This document shows positions 9,867 to 20,283 of a stretch of 64,000 nucleotides of DNA, piece by piece; within the stretch, counting starts at the first letter, position 1, and the number at the start of each line of letters is the position of its first letter. The stretch spans positions 4,546 through 68,545 of the forward strand of contig CAZFSM010000019.1 of assembly GCA_964521625.1 (NCBI GenBank), given 5' to 3'. This DNA is from an uncultured Veillonellaceae bacterium. GTDB taxonomy: Bacteria; Bacillota; Negativicutes; UBA1444. The notes beneath the pieces are model-generated. The model was not told the origin of the DNA. It saw only the letters and a list, made by a program, of their open reading frames with translations, and ran no database searches. A program made the translations under genes and the position numbers.

Positions 9867-12800
9867 TTAGGTTGATGTTGTCGTGGCTGCTCTCAGTGCT
9901 GATAGCGCAGCATCAAAATCGAATGATCGGATGCCGACGTCGATTCTGCGAATGTGGGTTGGAAAAGCCGTATTTAATAAATCTTTATTTTCCTCCAACA
10001 CTTCACTGGCAGCCACGTCACCGGCGGCCAGTAATTCCTCTAGCTTTTCACAGACTTTCCTGAGCTGCTTCCGGTCGACCTTGACCAGGGTCTTGTCCTG
10101 CTCCTTTGGCAAATTCCGTTCCAGTTGCGTGATTAGAATTTCCAACGGTTTTTTTAACTCTTCGAGCGCAAGATCAACTGCCTTGCGTGGCTGGCGTTCC
10201 CTGATTATGGTTTCGAGATTTTGTGCCAATTGCTGTAACACGGGGGCCCCGATATTCGCGGACCCCCCTTTTAAGTTGTGCGCAATACGCTCTGCAGTGT
10301 TCCAGTCATTGACATCCAGCGACTCGACGATTTCATCTACAGTGAATTTCTGCCCATTGACAAACTTGCGCAGCATTGAGAAGTAGAGCGGCTTCTTGCC
10401 GAGAACGCGCAGCAGTCCGCCAGCCATATCCAGCCCTTCGATGTCGAGCTGCAAGTCGCCAGCTTTTTTCCTATGCGCTTTTATCGTTGCCGCTTCAATA
10501 GTCGCGTGGCGCGGCTTGATCCATTTCAATAGCGTTTTCCATAAGTCTTCGGTTTCAATCGGTTTGGCTATATGGTCGTTCATACCCGCCGCCACGCAGC
10601 GATCGCGATCACCCTGCATGGCGTTGGCCGTCATTGCCACCACTGGAAGATCCTTGAACCGTTCTTCCCTGCGGATCGCCAAGGTCGCTGTCAATCCATC
10701 CATTACCGGCATTTGCATGTCCATCAGCACGATATCATAATCGGCAGCCATCACTTTGTCCAGTGCCATTTGACCGTTCTCTGCAAGATCGACAATGAAA
10801 CCGGCATAGCGCAGCAGTTCGGTTGCCAATTCCTGGTTCATCTCATTGTCGTCCACCAGCAATACGCGGGCTCCTTTGATGCCGGCAAGTCGATCAAATG
10901 TGTTGCCGGGCATATCTCCGGCGATACGTATGCCATCGACACCGCCTCCCAGAATGAGTATCAGGCTGTTGAACAATGTCGAGGAATTGACCGGTTTAAT
11001 GAGTATGCCTTCGATTCCCGCTTCCTCAATACTTTTAATGACTTCCTCGCGGTTGTGCGCCGTCACCATCATTATGTGCGGACTCCGGCGAAGCGGAAGC
11101 TCCCGTAACCGCTTGGACGTCTCGATACCACCCATGCCCGGCATCTGCCAGTCGAGAAAAACAATCTCATAAGTCACACCCTGGGTCTCGGCACGATTCA
11201 CAGCTTTGATTGCCGATGCGCCTGACGCGGCCTGGTCGACCTTGAATCCCATGCTGCCGAGCAAGTCTCCCAGCACCAGACGGGCATTCTCATTGTCATC
11301 CACGACCAATACGCGTTTACCCTGCCAATCGTCCGACAACGGCATCTTGTTCTTTTTGTCGATGCCTTTGCCGAGGCGCGCCGTGAACCAGAAGGTGCTG
11401 CCCTTATCGGGTTCGCTTTCTACACCAACTTCTCCGCCCATCAATTCGGCCAGCTGTTTGGCTATGACCAGTCCGAGTCCGGTGCCTCCAAACTTGCGAG
11501 TGGTCGAGGCATCGGCCTGCGAAAAGCTCTGAAATAACAGTCCCATTTGTTCCTGCGTCAGGCCGATGCCTGTATCGCTTACGGCGCAGTAAATCAGTAC
11601 ATCATTGTCGGTTTGCTCTTTGAGACGTATGGAAATGTCGATCTCTCCCTGCTGCGTGAACTTGACGGCGTTGTTGCTGTAGTTGATAAGAATCTGACCC
11701 AGTCGTAGTGGATCGCCAATTAAATGGAGCGGCACTTTCTCATCTACGTTGAAAACCAACTCCAGCCCTTTGGCAGAGGCTTTTTCGGCAATCAAATTAG
11801 CCACATTGTCGAGCACCTCCTCCAACATGAACTCGGTATTTTCAATCGACAATTTGCCTGCCTCAATTTTTGAGAGGTCGAGAATATCGTTGATTATGCT
11901 GAGCAGATGTTTGCCGGAACTTTGAATGTTCTTGATGTACTCCCGCTGGCGCTGTGACAGTTCGGTCTTCAGCGCCAAATAGGACATGCCGATAATTGCG
12001 TTCATTGGCGTTCGGATTTCGTGGCTCATACTGGAAAGAAAATCTGATTTGGCGAGGTTGGCTTTTTCCGCTGTAGCTTTGGCATAGGTTAGTTCGATAT
12101 TCTTTTCCTGCAACACCTGATCCAGTCGTTTGCGTTCAGTCACGTCGCGCGCGGCGGCGAACACGCCTTGCAGTTTTCTGTCCCGATCATATAAGGTAGT
12201 CGCATTGAGGGATACCACCGTTTCCTTGCCATCTCTTGCACGCGCGGTGAGTTCGTAGTCGTTAACCTTCTTGTCGTTTAGAACCTTTTTAATACTGGCT
12301 TCAGCCTGATCAGGATCAGTGAAATAATTCTTGAACGGTGCGCCAATCAGTTCGTCACGCGTGCACCCTGTTAACGCTTCCATTTGTTTGTTGACGTCGG
12401 TGATAATACCGGACGGATCGGTAGTCATCAGCGCATCAACGTTAGATTCGAACAGAGAGCGTGTATAAAATTGATGGTCTCGGAGACGCTGGCTGAGCAG
12501 CTTTTGTTCTTCCTCGACCTGCTTGCGCGCGGTGTTGTCCGTACCGATCAACAGATACCCGATAATGGCATCCAGATCGTCTCGTAGCGCCGTGACTGAC
12601 ACGACCGCCGGGAAGCGGCTCCCGTCCTTGCGAATGTAGGTTAACTCATAAATGTCCTCAATCCCGCGCGAAGCCTTAAATACCAACGCCTCAAAACCCG
12701 GCGTAATCGGGGTTTCCAGTTCGACGCTCAAGGTTTTGGCGCGAGCTATCACTTCCTGTGGATCGGAAATGTCGGCGGGTGTGATCTTGTTCATTACTTC

Positions 12801-13442
12801 GGCGGCAGTATAACCCAGCATACGTTCCGCGCCGACGTTGAATATCTGAATAACGCCATTTGCATCAGTGGCGATGCTTGAAAAATTGGCGCTATTGAAA
12901 ATCGCGCTTTGCAAGGCTCCCGCCTTGACCAACGCCTCTTCCGCCTGCTTGCGCGCGGTGTTGTCCGTGCCGATCAGCAGATAACCGATAATGGCATCCA
13001 GATCGTCTCGAAGCGCCGTGACCGACACGACCGCCGGGAATCGGCTCCCATCCTTGCGGATGTAGGTTAATTCATAGATGTCCTCAATCCCGCGCGAAGC
13101 CTTGAATACCAAGGCCTCAAAACCCGGCGTAATTGGGGTTTCCAGTTCGACGCTCAAGGCCTTGGCGCGAGCTATCACTTCCTGTGGATCGGAAATGTCG
13201 GCGGGTGTGATCTTGTTCATTACTTCGGCGGCAGTATAACCCAGCATACGTTCCGCGCCGACGTTGAAGATCTGAATGACACCTTTCGCATCGGTGGCGA
13301 TACTTGAGAAATTGGCGCTATTGAAAATCGCACTTTGCAGGGCATCTGCCTTGAGCAGTACCTCGTCTGCCTCTGTTCGACATACATCCACGATCTTCGA
13401 TTCCAGGTTTAAGCATTCGAATAACGCATTTTTATGTTCCAT
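9867..13442 (-). CDS. Soluble hybrid sensor histidine kinase with 3 PAS domains, HisKA, HATPase_c, two receiver domains and an HPt domain
   Basis: An 1191-aa ORF with no TM segments. H-box [18 protein letters not shown]; G-boxes DTGIGL / GGTGLGL; two REC domains with the conserved D (VLVVDDNE..., VLLVDDNE...); C-terminal HPt with [12 protein letters not shown]. Confidence 0.9.
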   Translation of the reverse strand: MEHKNALFECLNLESKIVDVCRTEADEVLLKADALQSAIFNSANFSSIATDAKGVIQIFNVGAERMLGYTAAEVMNKITPADISDPQEVIARAKALSVELETPITPGFEALVFKASRGIEDIYELTYIRKDGSRFPAVVSVTALRDDLDAIIGYLLIGTDNTARKQAEEALVKAGALQSAIFNSANFSSIATDANGVIQIFNVGAERMLGYTAAEVMNKITPADISDPQEVIARAKTLSVELETPITPGFEALVFKASRGIEDIYELTYIRKDGSRFPAVVSVTALRDDLDAIIGYLLIGTDNTARKQVEEEQKLLSQRLRDHQFYTRSLFESNVDALMTTDPSGIITDVNKQMEALTGCTRDELIGAPFKNYFTDPDQAEASIKKVLNDKKVNDYELTARARDGKETVVSLNATTLYDRDRKLQGVFAAARDVTERKRLDQVLQEKNIELTYAKATAEKANLAKSDFLSSMSHEIRTPMNAIIGMSYLALKTELSQRQREYIKNIQSSGKHLLSIINDILDLSKIEAGKLSIENTEFMLEEVLDNVANLIAEKASAKGLELVFNVDEKVPLHLIGDPLRLGQILINYSNNAVKFTQQGEIDISIRLKEQTDNDVLIYCAVSDTGIGLTQEQMGLLFQSFSQADASTTRKFGGTGLGLVIAKQLAELMGGEVGVESEPDKGSTFWFTARLGKGIDKKNKMPLSDDWQGKRVLVVDDNENARLVLGDLLGSMGFKVDQAASGASAIKAVNRAETQGVTYEIVFLDWQMPGMGGIETSKRLRELPLRRSPHIMMVTAHNREEVIKSIEEAGIEGILIKPVNSSTLFNSLILILGGGVDGIRIAGDMPGNTFDRLAGIKGARVLLVDDNEMNQELATELLRYAGFIVDLAENGQMALDKVMAADYDIVLMDMQMPVMDGLTATLAIRREERFKDLPVVAMTANAMQGDRDRCVAAGMNDHIAKPIETEDLWKTLLKWIKPRHATIEAATIKAHRKKAGDLQLDIEGLDMAGGLLRVLGKKPLYFSMLRKFVNGQKFTVDEIVESLDVNDWNTAERIAHNLKGGSANIGAPVLQQLAQNLETIIRERQPRKAVDLALEELKKPLEILITQLERNLPKEQDKTLVKVDRKQLRKVCEKLEELLAAGDVAASEVLEENKDLLNTAFPTHIRRIDVGIRSFDFDAALSALRAATTTST
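12531..13400. repeat. Tandem direct repeat of 2 x ~435 bp at about 95% nucleotide identity inside the hybrid kinase gene. It duplicates one PAS module (145 aa).
   Basis: Copy A (about 12531-12965) and copy B (about 12966-13400) align base for base with about 20 substitutions. The two encoded protein segments differ at only a few residues. Confidence 0.9.
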
Positions 13443-13813
13443 TTTCTTGTCTCCCCTCTAATACGCTATGAGTGCTCACATGCAACGTCAGAAACCAATT
13501 TGGAAATGCATTGCGCCATTTATAGCATACGCTATGTTCGCGATTATAGCATTAGAACAGTAAAACAACGTTTACCTACAAAAACGAGGATGTTTTATTA
13601 CAATCCAATATTCCACGTGAAAGGATTTTTGGCGTAAGTTATGTGGATTTCAGGTGAATGTGTTTTGACCGACGCCGGGGTGTTCCTGACGCCGGTTTTT
13701 TTATGACTGTTGCTTAAAAGAAGAATATTTTATTGTTAATATAGTATATGCTATATTGGCAAATACGCGTTATATATGATATCATAATTACAAAATGGCA
13801 AGGGGGCAAAAAT

Positions 13814-16261
13814 ATGGCAGAAGCAAAATCGGCGGACGACCTGGTATTGTGGTTCGAGCAAATATGTCGGGAAGATGTGGCGCTGGTCGGCGGCAAGTCG
13901 GCTTCACTCGGAGAAATGACGGCACGGACAGGGGTGCCGGTGCCATATGGCTTTGCCACGACTGCCCATGCTTACCGCGTTTTTTTATCGGAAACAGGTC
14001 TGGATAAAAAAATCGCCCTGATTCTGCAAGACCTCAATGATGTGGAAGATGGCCGGCAACTGCGGGCGATCAGCGCGAAAGTTCGCCAGGCGATTGTTGA
14101 TGAAAAACTGCCGGCTGCGTTTGAAGCGGCGATTCGCAAAGCCTATGCCGAACTGGCGGAAAAGGCCGGCGAAACGGAGCCCTTTGTCGCCGTGCGATCC
14201 AGTGCAACCGCCGAAGATTTGCCGGATGCCAGTTTCGCAGGGCAACAGGAAAGCTACCTGAATGTGCGTGGCGCCGATGAAGTGCTGGAACGCGTCAAAG
14301 AATGTTACGCATCGATGTTTACCGACCGGGCGGTGTACTATCGGACCAAGAAAAACTTCAGTCACATTGATGTAGCCTTGAGTGCGGTTGTCCAGATGAT
14401 GGTGTTTTCCAAAGTTTCCGGTGTTATGTTCACTGTCAATGTGATCAACGGTAATACTGACAATATTTTAATTGAAGGCTCCTGGGGTTTGGGCGAATAT
14501 ATTGTCCAGGGGACGGTGACGCCCGACTTGTTTTGGGTAAGCAAACAGGATTTAGCGATAGTGGAGAGTACGGTAAACGATAAGCCGATCCAATTGCGAC
14601 GACGGCCCGGCGGCGGTGTGGTGGAGCAGGAAGTGCCTGTCGAGTTGCGCACGGTTCCGGTGTTGACGGATGACCAAATCCAGCAACTCGCCCGCTATGC
14701 ATTGGATATTGAAAAACACTATGGTTGCTATATGGATATGGAGTGGGCGCTGGATGAGCGGACCGAAAAAATGTGGATTTTGCAAGCCCGGCCGGAAACC
14801 GTATGGTCTAACAAACTTAAATCTGTGCAGCAGAAGAGCCAAGCTAAACCTGAGCAGCAAGAAAAAGAGGGGGTTGTGTCAATGATAAGGGAAGCAGAAG
14901 CAGCGCCGATGATGGAAAGAACAGTTCTGGTTAAAGGATTGCCGGCAAGCCCGGGGCGTGTCAGCGGCATTGCCCACGTGATCCTGTCGCCGAACTTGAT
15001 TGATAATTTTAAGGAAGGGGAAATCCTGGTTACCGAAATGACAGCGCCCGACTGGGTGCCGGCGATGAAGCGGGCAAAAGCGATTGTCACCGATTCAGGC
15101 GGCATGACCTGCCATGCGTCGATTGTCAGCCGGGAACTAGGGATTCCCTGCGTTGTAGGAACCAAAAGCCGGGGAACGTCGGCGACTACAAAAATTAAAA
15201 GCGGCATGCAAATCACAGTCGATGCAACGAATGGGATCATCTATGACGGTGTGATCAGTGACCTGATTGCCCAACCACGTCCCGCCGAAGCGGGGCCTGG
15301 TTTTGCTGTCGAGACGTTCCCGGTGACCGGTACTAAGATTTATATGAACCTGGGCGACCCCGATCTGGCCCAGCGCTATGCGCCACTACCCAGCGATGGG
15401 ATCGGCCTGATGCGGGAAGAGTTTATCTGGACGACCTTTATTCATGAACATCCCATGTACCTGATTGAAATGAATCAACCGGACCGGGTGGTCAATGTGC
15501 TGGCTGAGGCCTTCCGTAAGGTGGCGCAGGCAATGGCGCCGAGGCCGGTTACCTTGCGTTTTAGCGATTTTAAATCGAGTGAGTACCGCGACCTGAAAGG
15601 CGGCGACAAATATGAACCGGCCGAGCCGAGTTCGCTTCTTGGTTGGCGAGGGGCATCGCGTTACTACGATCCCAAGTATATCGAAGCGTTCCGCCTGGAG
15701 CTGCGTGCCGTGAAAAAAGTGCGCGAAGAATATGGCTTCAATAATTTGCATGTAATGATTCCGTTCTGTCGCACAGTGGAAGAAGCGGCGAAAGTGACGG
15801 CGCTGATGGCAGAAGAAGGACTGCAGCGCAGCGCTGATTTCAAAGTCTGGCTGATGGCGGAGATTCCTTCCAATATCATTTTGGCCGACCAGTTCAACCA
15901 ATATGTCGATGGCTATTCGATTGGATCCAATGATCTGACGATGTTGATCCTGGGCTGCGACCGCGACAATGACAGCGTGGCGAAGATTTTTGATGAACGC
16001 AATCTGGCTGTTAAGCGGGCAATTCGACATTTAATTGAAGTGGCCCATCGCGATGGAAAAACGGTTTCGATCTGCGGACAGGCGCCGAGTGTATATCCGG
16101 ATTTCACAGAATTCCTGGTTCGCAGCGGCATTGATTCGATTTCGGTCAATCCGGATGCCGTAAAGTCGACAAAACACTGGGTGGCGCAAATTGAACAAAG
16201 AATAATTTTGGAGAAAGTAACTGGCAGGGGAATGGCAGAAAAGGGCGAATATACTTGGTAG
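13814..16261 (+). CDS. ppsA: Phosphoenolpyruvate synthase (pyruvate, water dikinase)
   Basis: ATG at 13814 with RBS AAGGGGG. The ORF-track start at 13748 is an overextension. N-terminal ATP-grasp motifs (VGGKSASLGEM), the phosphohistidine region (GGMTCHASIVSRELGIPCVVG) and the PEP-utilising C-terminal domain are all present. Confidence 0.95.
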   Translation: MAEAKSADDLVLWFEQICREDVALVGGKSASLGEMTARTGVPVPYGFATTAHAYRVFLSETGLDKKIALILQDLNDVEDGRQLRAISAKVRQAIVDEKLPAAFEAAIRKAYAELAEKAGETEPFVAVRSSATAEDLPDASFAGQQESYLNVRGADEVLERVKECYASMFTDRAVYYRTKKNFSHIDVALSAVVQMMVFSKVSGVMFTVNVINGNTDNILIEGSWGLGEYIVQGTVTPDLFWVSKQDLAIVESTVNDKPIQLRRRPGGGVVEQEVPVELRTVPVLTDDQIQQLARYALDIEKHYGCYMDMEWALDERTEKMWILQARPETVWSNKLKSVQQKSQAKPEQQEKEGVVSMIREAEAAPMMERTVLVKGLPASPGRVSGIAHVILSPNLIDNFKEGEILVTEMTAPDWVPAMKRAKAIVTDSGGMTCHASIVSRELGIPCVVGTKSRGTSATTKIKSGMQITVDATNGIIYDGVISDLIAQPRPAEAGPGFAVETFPVTGTKIYMNLGDPDLAQRYAPLPSDGIGLMREEFIWTTFIHEHPMYLIEMNQPDRVVNVLAEAFRKVAQAMAPRPVTLRFSDFKSSEYRDLKGGDKYEPAEPSSLLGWRGASRYYDPKYIEAFRLELRAVKKVREEYGFNNLHVMIPFCRTVEEAAKVTALMAEEGLQRSADFKVWLMAEIPSNIILADQFNQYVDGYSIGSNDLTMLILGCDRDNDSVAKIFDERNLAVKRAIRHLIEVAHRDGKTVSICGQAPSVYPDFTEFLVRSGIDSISVNPDAVKSTKHWVAQIEQRIILEKVTGRGMAEKGEYTW

Positions 16262-16286
16262 CCTAATTGCGACGAACTCGAGAGGG

Positions 16287-16937
16287 GTGTTTTTCATTCT
16301 ACTGACGCCTCGACAGGAAAAAATTATTGATATGGTCAAGGAAGGCGGCCCATTGACCGGCGAACATCTTGCAGAACGGCTGGGGGTAAGTAGGGCTGCA
16401 TTGCGCCCTGATCTGGCGATTCTCATCATGTCCGGCGTACTTGACGCAAGGCCGAAAGTCGGATATTATTACACAGGCAAGGGCGCTTTTAGCATGTTGA
16501 CTGAGGAAATTGCCCGCTATCGCGTGCGGGATATTCAGTCGGTTCCCGTTGTCGTTTCGACGACGACCAGCGCTTATGATACCATCGTTACAATGTTTCT
16601 CGAAGATGTCGGTTCAGTTTTTGTCGTCGAACCCGGTGGCATCTTACGGGGAGTTGTTTCTCGGAAAGATTTGCTCAAAGCGGCGATGGGAAGTCGTGAT
16701 CTGCAAAAAATTCCGGTGAAGGTATTAATGACGGGAATGTCGAAAATGATTATGACCGATCCTGAAGAGCAGGTTTTGGCTGCGGCGAAAAAAATGGTGG
16801 ACGGCGAAATTGATAGTCTGCCTGTTGTGCGACCGTTGGGGCCGGTAATGGAAAAAGCTTTTGAAGTGGTTGGTCGTGTAACGAAAACAAACATCACCCG
16901 TTTGCTTGTCGAAATGGGACAGGGAAAAAGGAGGTAA
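16287..16937 (+). CDS. ccpN: CcpN-like transcriptional repressor (HTH followed by tandem CBS domains)
   Basis: GTG start with RBS GAGAGGGG. Aligns along its length with B. subtilis CcpN (LTPRQEKIIDMVKEGGPLTGEHLAERLGVSRAALRPDLAIL...GYYYTGK). It is followed directly by the YqfL-type regulatory protein, as in Bacillus. Confidence 0.8.
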   Translation: MFFILLTPRQEKIIDMVKEGGPLTGEHLAERLGVSRAALRPDLAILIMSGVLDARPKVGYYYTGKGAFSMLTEEIARYRVRDIQSVPVVVSTTTSAYDTIVTMFLEDVGSVFVVEPGGILRGVVSRKDLLKAAMGSRDLQKIPVKVLMTGMSKMIMTDPEEQVLAAAKKMVDGEIDSLPVVRPLGPVMEKAFEVVGRVTKTNITRLLVEMGQGKRR

Positions 16938-16951
16938 CCGTCATAGCCAGT

Positions 16952-17755
16952 TTGCCTATCATTTACGCATTATCCGACTCCATCGGCGAGACGGCGGAAA
17001 TGGTCGCCCGCGCTACCGCCAGTCAGTTCGATTCGGGCAAATTCGATATTGTCCGGATTCCTTACATCACGTCCAGTGTGCAAATCAAGGAAACATTGCG
17101 TGAAGCTTCCAAACATACCTGCATCATTTGCCACACGTTGGTGTCGCCTGAGCTGCGGGAATCCTTACTGGAAGAAGCAAAAAAATATAATTTACTGACG
17201 GTGGACATTATGGGCCCGATGATCCGGGCGATCCAGGAAGTGTCTGATTTGACGCCCAAATTGAAACCAGGACTGATTCACATGCTGGATCAGGACTATT
17301 TTAAACGGGTGGAAGCCGTCGAATTCGCAGTAAAATATGATGACGGTAAAAATCCTTGGGGTCTGTTGAAAGCGGACCTGATTTTGGTCGGGGTTTCCCG
17401 TACGTCAAAAACACCGCTCAGTATGTATCTGGCGCACAAAAAAATCAAGGTGGCCAATGTACCTTTGGTTCCAGAAGTTCCACCACCGGATGAGTTGTTT
17501 CAGGTTTCGCCGCAAAAAATTGTCGGCTTGGTTATCGACTCCAGCAAGCTGAATGAAATCCGGGCTGAACGCCTGAAAATCATGCGCTTGCCACCGGACG
17601 CCAATTATGCGACGTTGAACCGGATTGGCGATGAGCTGGAATATGCGATGAAAATCATGGAACGAATCGGCTGCCCGGTCATTGATGTTTCGCACAAGGC
17701 GATTGAAGAAACAGCCAACACCATCATGGAAATCGTGTTCAAGAACAATCGCTAG
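16952..17755 (+). CDS. PEP synthase / pyruvate,phosphate dikinase regulatory protein (bifunctional kinase-pyrophosphorylase, DUF299, YqfL/PpsR family)
   Basis: Apparent TTG start; no in-frame ATG or GTG lies upstream after the ccpN stop. P-loop GVSRTSKTP and family-typical conserved blocks are present. Positioned downstream of ppsA and ccpN. Confidence 0.85.
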   Translation: MPIIYALSDSIGETAEMVARATASQFDSGKFDIVRIPYITSSVQIKETLREASKHTCIICHTLVSPELRESLLEEAKKYNLLTVDIMGPMIRAIQEVSDLTPKLKPGLIHMLDQDYFKRVEAVEFAVKYDDGKNPWGLLKADLILVGVSRTSKTPLSMYLAHKKIKVANVPLVPEVPPPDELFQVSPQKIVGLVIDSSKLNEIRAERLKIMRLPPDANYATLNRIGDELEYAMKIMERIGCPVIDVSHKAIEETANTIMEIVFKNNR

Positions 17756-17778
17756 ATTATTTGCGAAAAAAGCATGAC

Positions 17779-17808
17779 AAAATCCCGGCCTTTACGGCCG
17801 GGATTTTT
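17779..17808. terminator. Bidirectional intrinsic terminator between convergent genes
   Basis: AAAATCCCGGCCtttacGGCCGGGATTTT, a perfect GC-rich stem flanked by A and T tracts on both sides. Confidence 0.85.
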
Positions 17809-17833
17809 AACTGCTGTTAATTATTTACCGTAT

Positions 17834-18328
17834 TTAATTATTGACGAATTCTTTGGTTTCCACGTTGTATTTGACGCTGTCGGAAGAAACGGTAGCCAGT
17901 CCGGGCTGGATCACTTTCACGTTGCCTTTGAACAGGGCTATTTTGCTCTTCCAGTTATAGTCGACTTTGTCTGCAGTGATCTGTAGATCTGTGCGCTGAA
18001 AATCGGCGCCGCCTTCGATCATGGCAATATCTTTGCCGAACACGACATAGGCGGATTCACCTTTAAAGGTGACATCATATTGCTTTAGCAACCAACCGCC
18101 GGTTCCCCAAAATTCCAGGGTGGACAGCTTGACCTGGGCTTTTTCGCCGGAGATAAAGCCGTTTTCCACGTTGATGACAATGTTGCCGCTGATGACATAT
18201 TGGCCAGTCTCAATATCGAAATATTGTTTGTCGGCACGAAAATATTTGTTGTTGACTGCCGCGAAACTGGTCGATGCAAAAGACAGCAAAACCAGTGCGA
18301 CAACCAGTGCAATTCGGTATTTTTTCAT
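17834..18328 (-). CDS. Secreted protein with an LptA/OstA-like beta-jellyroll domain (putative)
   Basis: Start taken at MKKYRIALVVALVLLSFASTSFA (signal peptide) with RBS GAGGAAAA. The ORF-track start at 18397 adds 23 unlikely residues. Repeated GN[IV]-x-[IV] strands (SGNIVINVENG, FKGNVKVIQPG) resemble OstA-family proteins. Confidence 0.4.
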   Translation of the reverse strand: MKKYRIALVVALVLLSFASTSFAAVNNKYFRADKQYFDIETGQYVISGNIVINVENGFISGEKAQVKLSTLEFWGTGGWLLKQYDVTFKGESAYVVFGKDIAMIEGGADFQRTDLQITADKVDYNWKSKIALFKGNVKVIQPGLATVSSDSVKYNVETKEFVNN

Positions 18329-18453
18329 TTCAGTTTTCCTCGCTTTCTTGATAATAGATATATTATACCAAATTTTCGACAGTTGCGTTTTTGGCAAAAA
18401 GCTAAATCAAATAGAAGGATAGTTAAGAAATATAGCGAATTAATATCAGCACT

Positions 18454-20244
18454 ATGATAAAATATTCACTTCCAGATGATTTTGTCGAAAAGTTGCGGTC
18501 ACAGGCTGACATCGTATCGGTGATATCCGAATATGTTCCGCTGAAAAAAAAAGGCCGGAATTTTTGGGGCTGTTGCCCGTTTCACCAGGAAAAAACTCCT
18601 TCGTTTTCTGTCGCGCAGGAAAAAAGTTTTTTTTACTGCTACGGCTGCCAAGCAGGCGGCGATGTGTTTCGGTTTCTAATGCGGGTGGAAAGCATCGGTT
18701 TTGTTGATTCGGTAAAATTGCTGGCGCAAAAACTGGGCGTTCCCGTACCGGAAAAAGAACAGTCTGACGCAGAACGCGCCCGGGAACGGGAACGCGAAGA
18801 AATACTGCAAGCCAATGAGTTGGCCCGGGATTTTTTTCAGGCGTGTATGTCCCAATCGGCATTGGGGATCAATGCGTTGGCATATCTGTCGAATCGCGGG
18901 CTTTCGGTTGATCAGGCGCAAGGGTTTGGCCTTGGATTTGCGCCGGACGCTTGGGATAAATGTTCTACTGCATTGCAAAAACGCGGTGTTTCACCAGATA
19001 TCCTTTCCAAGGCGGGGCTGGCAATTCCGCGACCGCAAACCGGCGTGTACGATCGTTTTCGTAACCGGATTATGTTTCCGATTGAAGATATCCGGGGACG
19101 AGTGATCGGGTTTGGCGGGCGCGTCATGGATGACACCCAGCCTAAATACCTTAACAGCCCAGAAACCCCTGTGTTCAACAAACGCAAGGTTTTGTTCAAT
19201 ATTTCTCGGGCCTATCGCGCGATCAAGGAAGCAGGGGTTGCTGTGGTCGTGGAAGGCTATATGGACGCCATTGCGCTGTCCAGCAACGGGATACTCAATG
19301 TCGTTGCGTCTCTCGGCACGGCGTTTACGCCTGAACAGGCCAGAATGCTGCTGCATTATGCGCCGGAAATCGTGTTTGCCTATGACAGTGATTCGGCGGG
19401 TCAAAATGCCACCTTGCGGGCATTGTCAATTGTTCGGACCAGCGGTGCGGTGGTGAAGATCGCTTCGTTCCCGGATGGTAAAGATCCGGACGAAGTGCTC
19501 CGCAAACATGGGGTTGCACTGGTGAGGGAACGAATCGCCAGCGCGGCTGGTTTGCTGGATTTTCAAATGGAACAGGCAATCGCCGGAATCGATTATTCCG
19601 ACCTTGCCGGCAAAGTTTCAGTAGTTGGAAGGGCCGTTCCCTATTTGGCATTGGCTGACAATTTGGTGGAAGTCGATACGCATATTGCGCGATTGGCTGA
19701 AAAATTGGCAATTGATGAAAACTCAATCCGTGGTGAATTGCGCCGGCAGCGTGGACAAAAAGACCCGCAACGGCCGGTTGCAATGCAGGTGAAACGCAGT
19801 GCCGACTCTAAGCTGGCTATTGCGGAAGAAACTGTTCTATGGCAGGCGTTTGAACAACCGGGTCGGTTTAATCTGATTCAATCAAGCCTCTCCCCAGAGT
19901 TGTTTCAACCCGGGCCGGGCCGGAAGTTGGCAGAGGCAATCTGGCGGAGTTATGCCGCCGGCAATACGCCTCGTCCGGAAGATTTGCTGCAAATTATGGA
20001 TGAAGATGCGGTGAAATATTTATCCCGACTTACGTTGGATGAAGGACAGGGACCGGAAAAAGATCAGGCATTGGATGATTGCATCCGGATTATCTTGTTG
20101 GCCCGTTTAAATGAGGAATATGAGTCGCATCGGTTGCAAGCGGATGAAATGTTACGCCGGGGAGATTTGGATTATGTGCAGGAATTAATGAATGCACAGC
20201 GAATACTTACAAAAATTAGTGATTTATCAAAATCGCAAGGGTAA
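18454..20244 (+). CDS. dnaG: DNA primase
   Basis: Zinc-ribbon motif CCPFHQEKTPSFSV...YCYGCQAGGDVFRF, a TOPRIM domain (VVVEGYMDAIAL) and a C-terminal helicase-interaction region. Confidence 0.95.
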   Translation: MIKYSLPDDFVEKLRSQADIVSVISEYVPLKKKGRNFWGCCPFHQEKTPSFSVAQEKSFFYCYGCQAGGDVFRFLMRVESIGFVDSVKLLAQKLGVPVPEKEQSDAERAREREREEILQANELARDFFQACMSQSALGINALAYLSNRGLSVDQAQGFGLGFAPDAWDKCSTALQKRGVSPDILSKAGLAIPRPQTGVYDRFRNRIMFPIEDIRGRVIGFGGRVMDDTQPKYLNSPETPVFNKRKVLFNISRAYRAIKEAGVAVVVEGYMDAIALSSNGILNVVASLGTAFTPEQARMLLHYAPEIVFAYDSDSAGQNATLRALSIVRTSGAVVKIASFPDGKDPDEVLRKHGVALVRERIASAAGLLDFQMEQAIAGIDYSDLAGKVSVVGRAVPYLALADNLVEVDTHIARLAEKLAIDENSIRGELRRQRGQKDPQRPVAMQVKRSADSKLAIAEETVLWQAFEQPGRFNLIQSSLSPELFQPGPGRKLAEAIWRSYAAGNTPRPEDLLQIMDEDAVKYLSRLTLDEGQGPEKDQALDDCIRIILLARLNEEYESHRLQADEMLRRGDLDYVQELMNAQRILTKISDLSKSQG

Positions 20245-20283
20245 AATATTTTGTTTTACAGCCGGAGGGAGTAGGGTTTGGGA

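Noticed and set aside
9810-9867. Palindrome TTCCATGGAA between convergent glyS and the kinase gene, as a possible terminator
   Set aside because: The stem is too short (3-4 bp with a 2-4 nt loop) and lacks a U-tract. It is probably incidental (an NcoI-like site).
9883-11532. A series of 100-180 aa plus-strand ORFs inside the hybrid kinase gene
   Set aside because: They are antisense to a continuous, domain-rich 1191-aa ORF. Their Ser/Ala/Pro-rich composition is characteristic of reverse-strand artefacts.
12531-13400. The tandem repeat as a CRISPR array, IS element or other mobile-element signature
   Set aside because: There are only two long (435-bp) in-frame copies with no spacers. The repeat lies wholly within a coding sequence and encodes PAS domains, so it is a gene-internal duplication.
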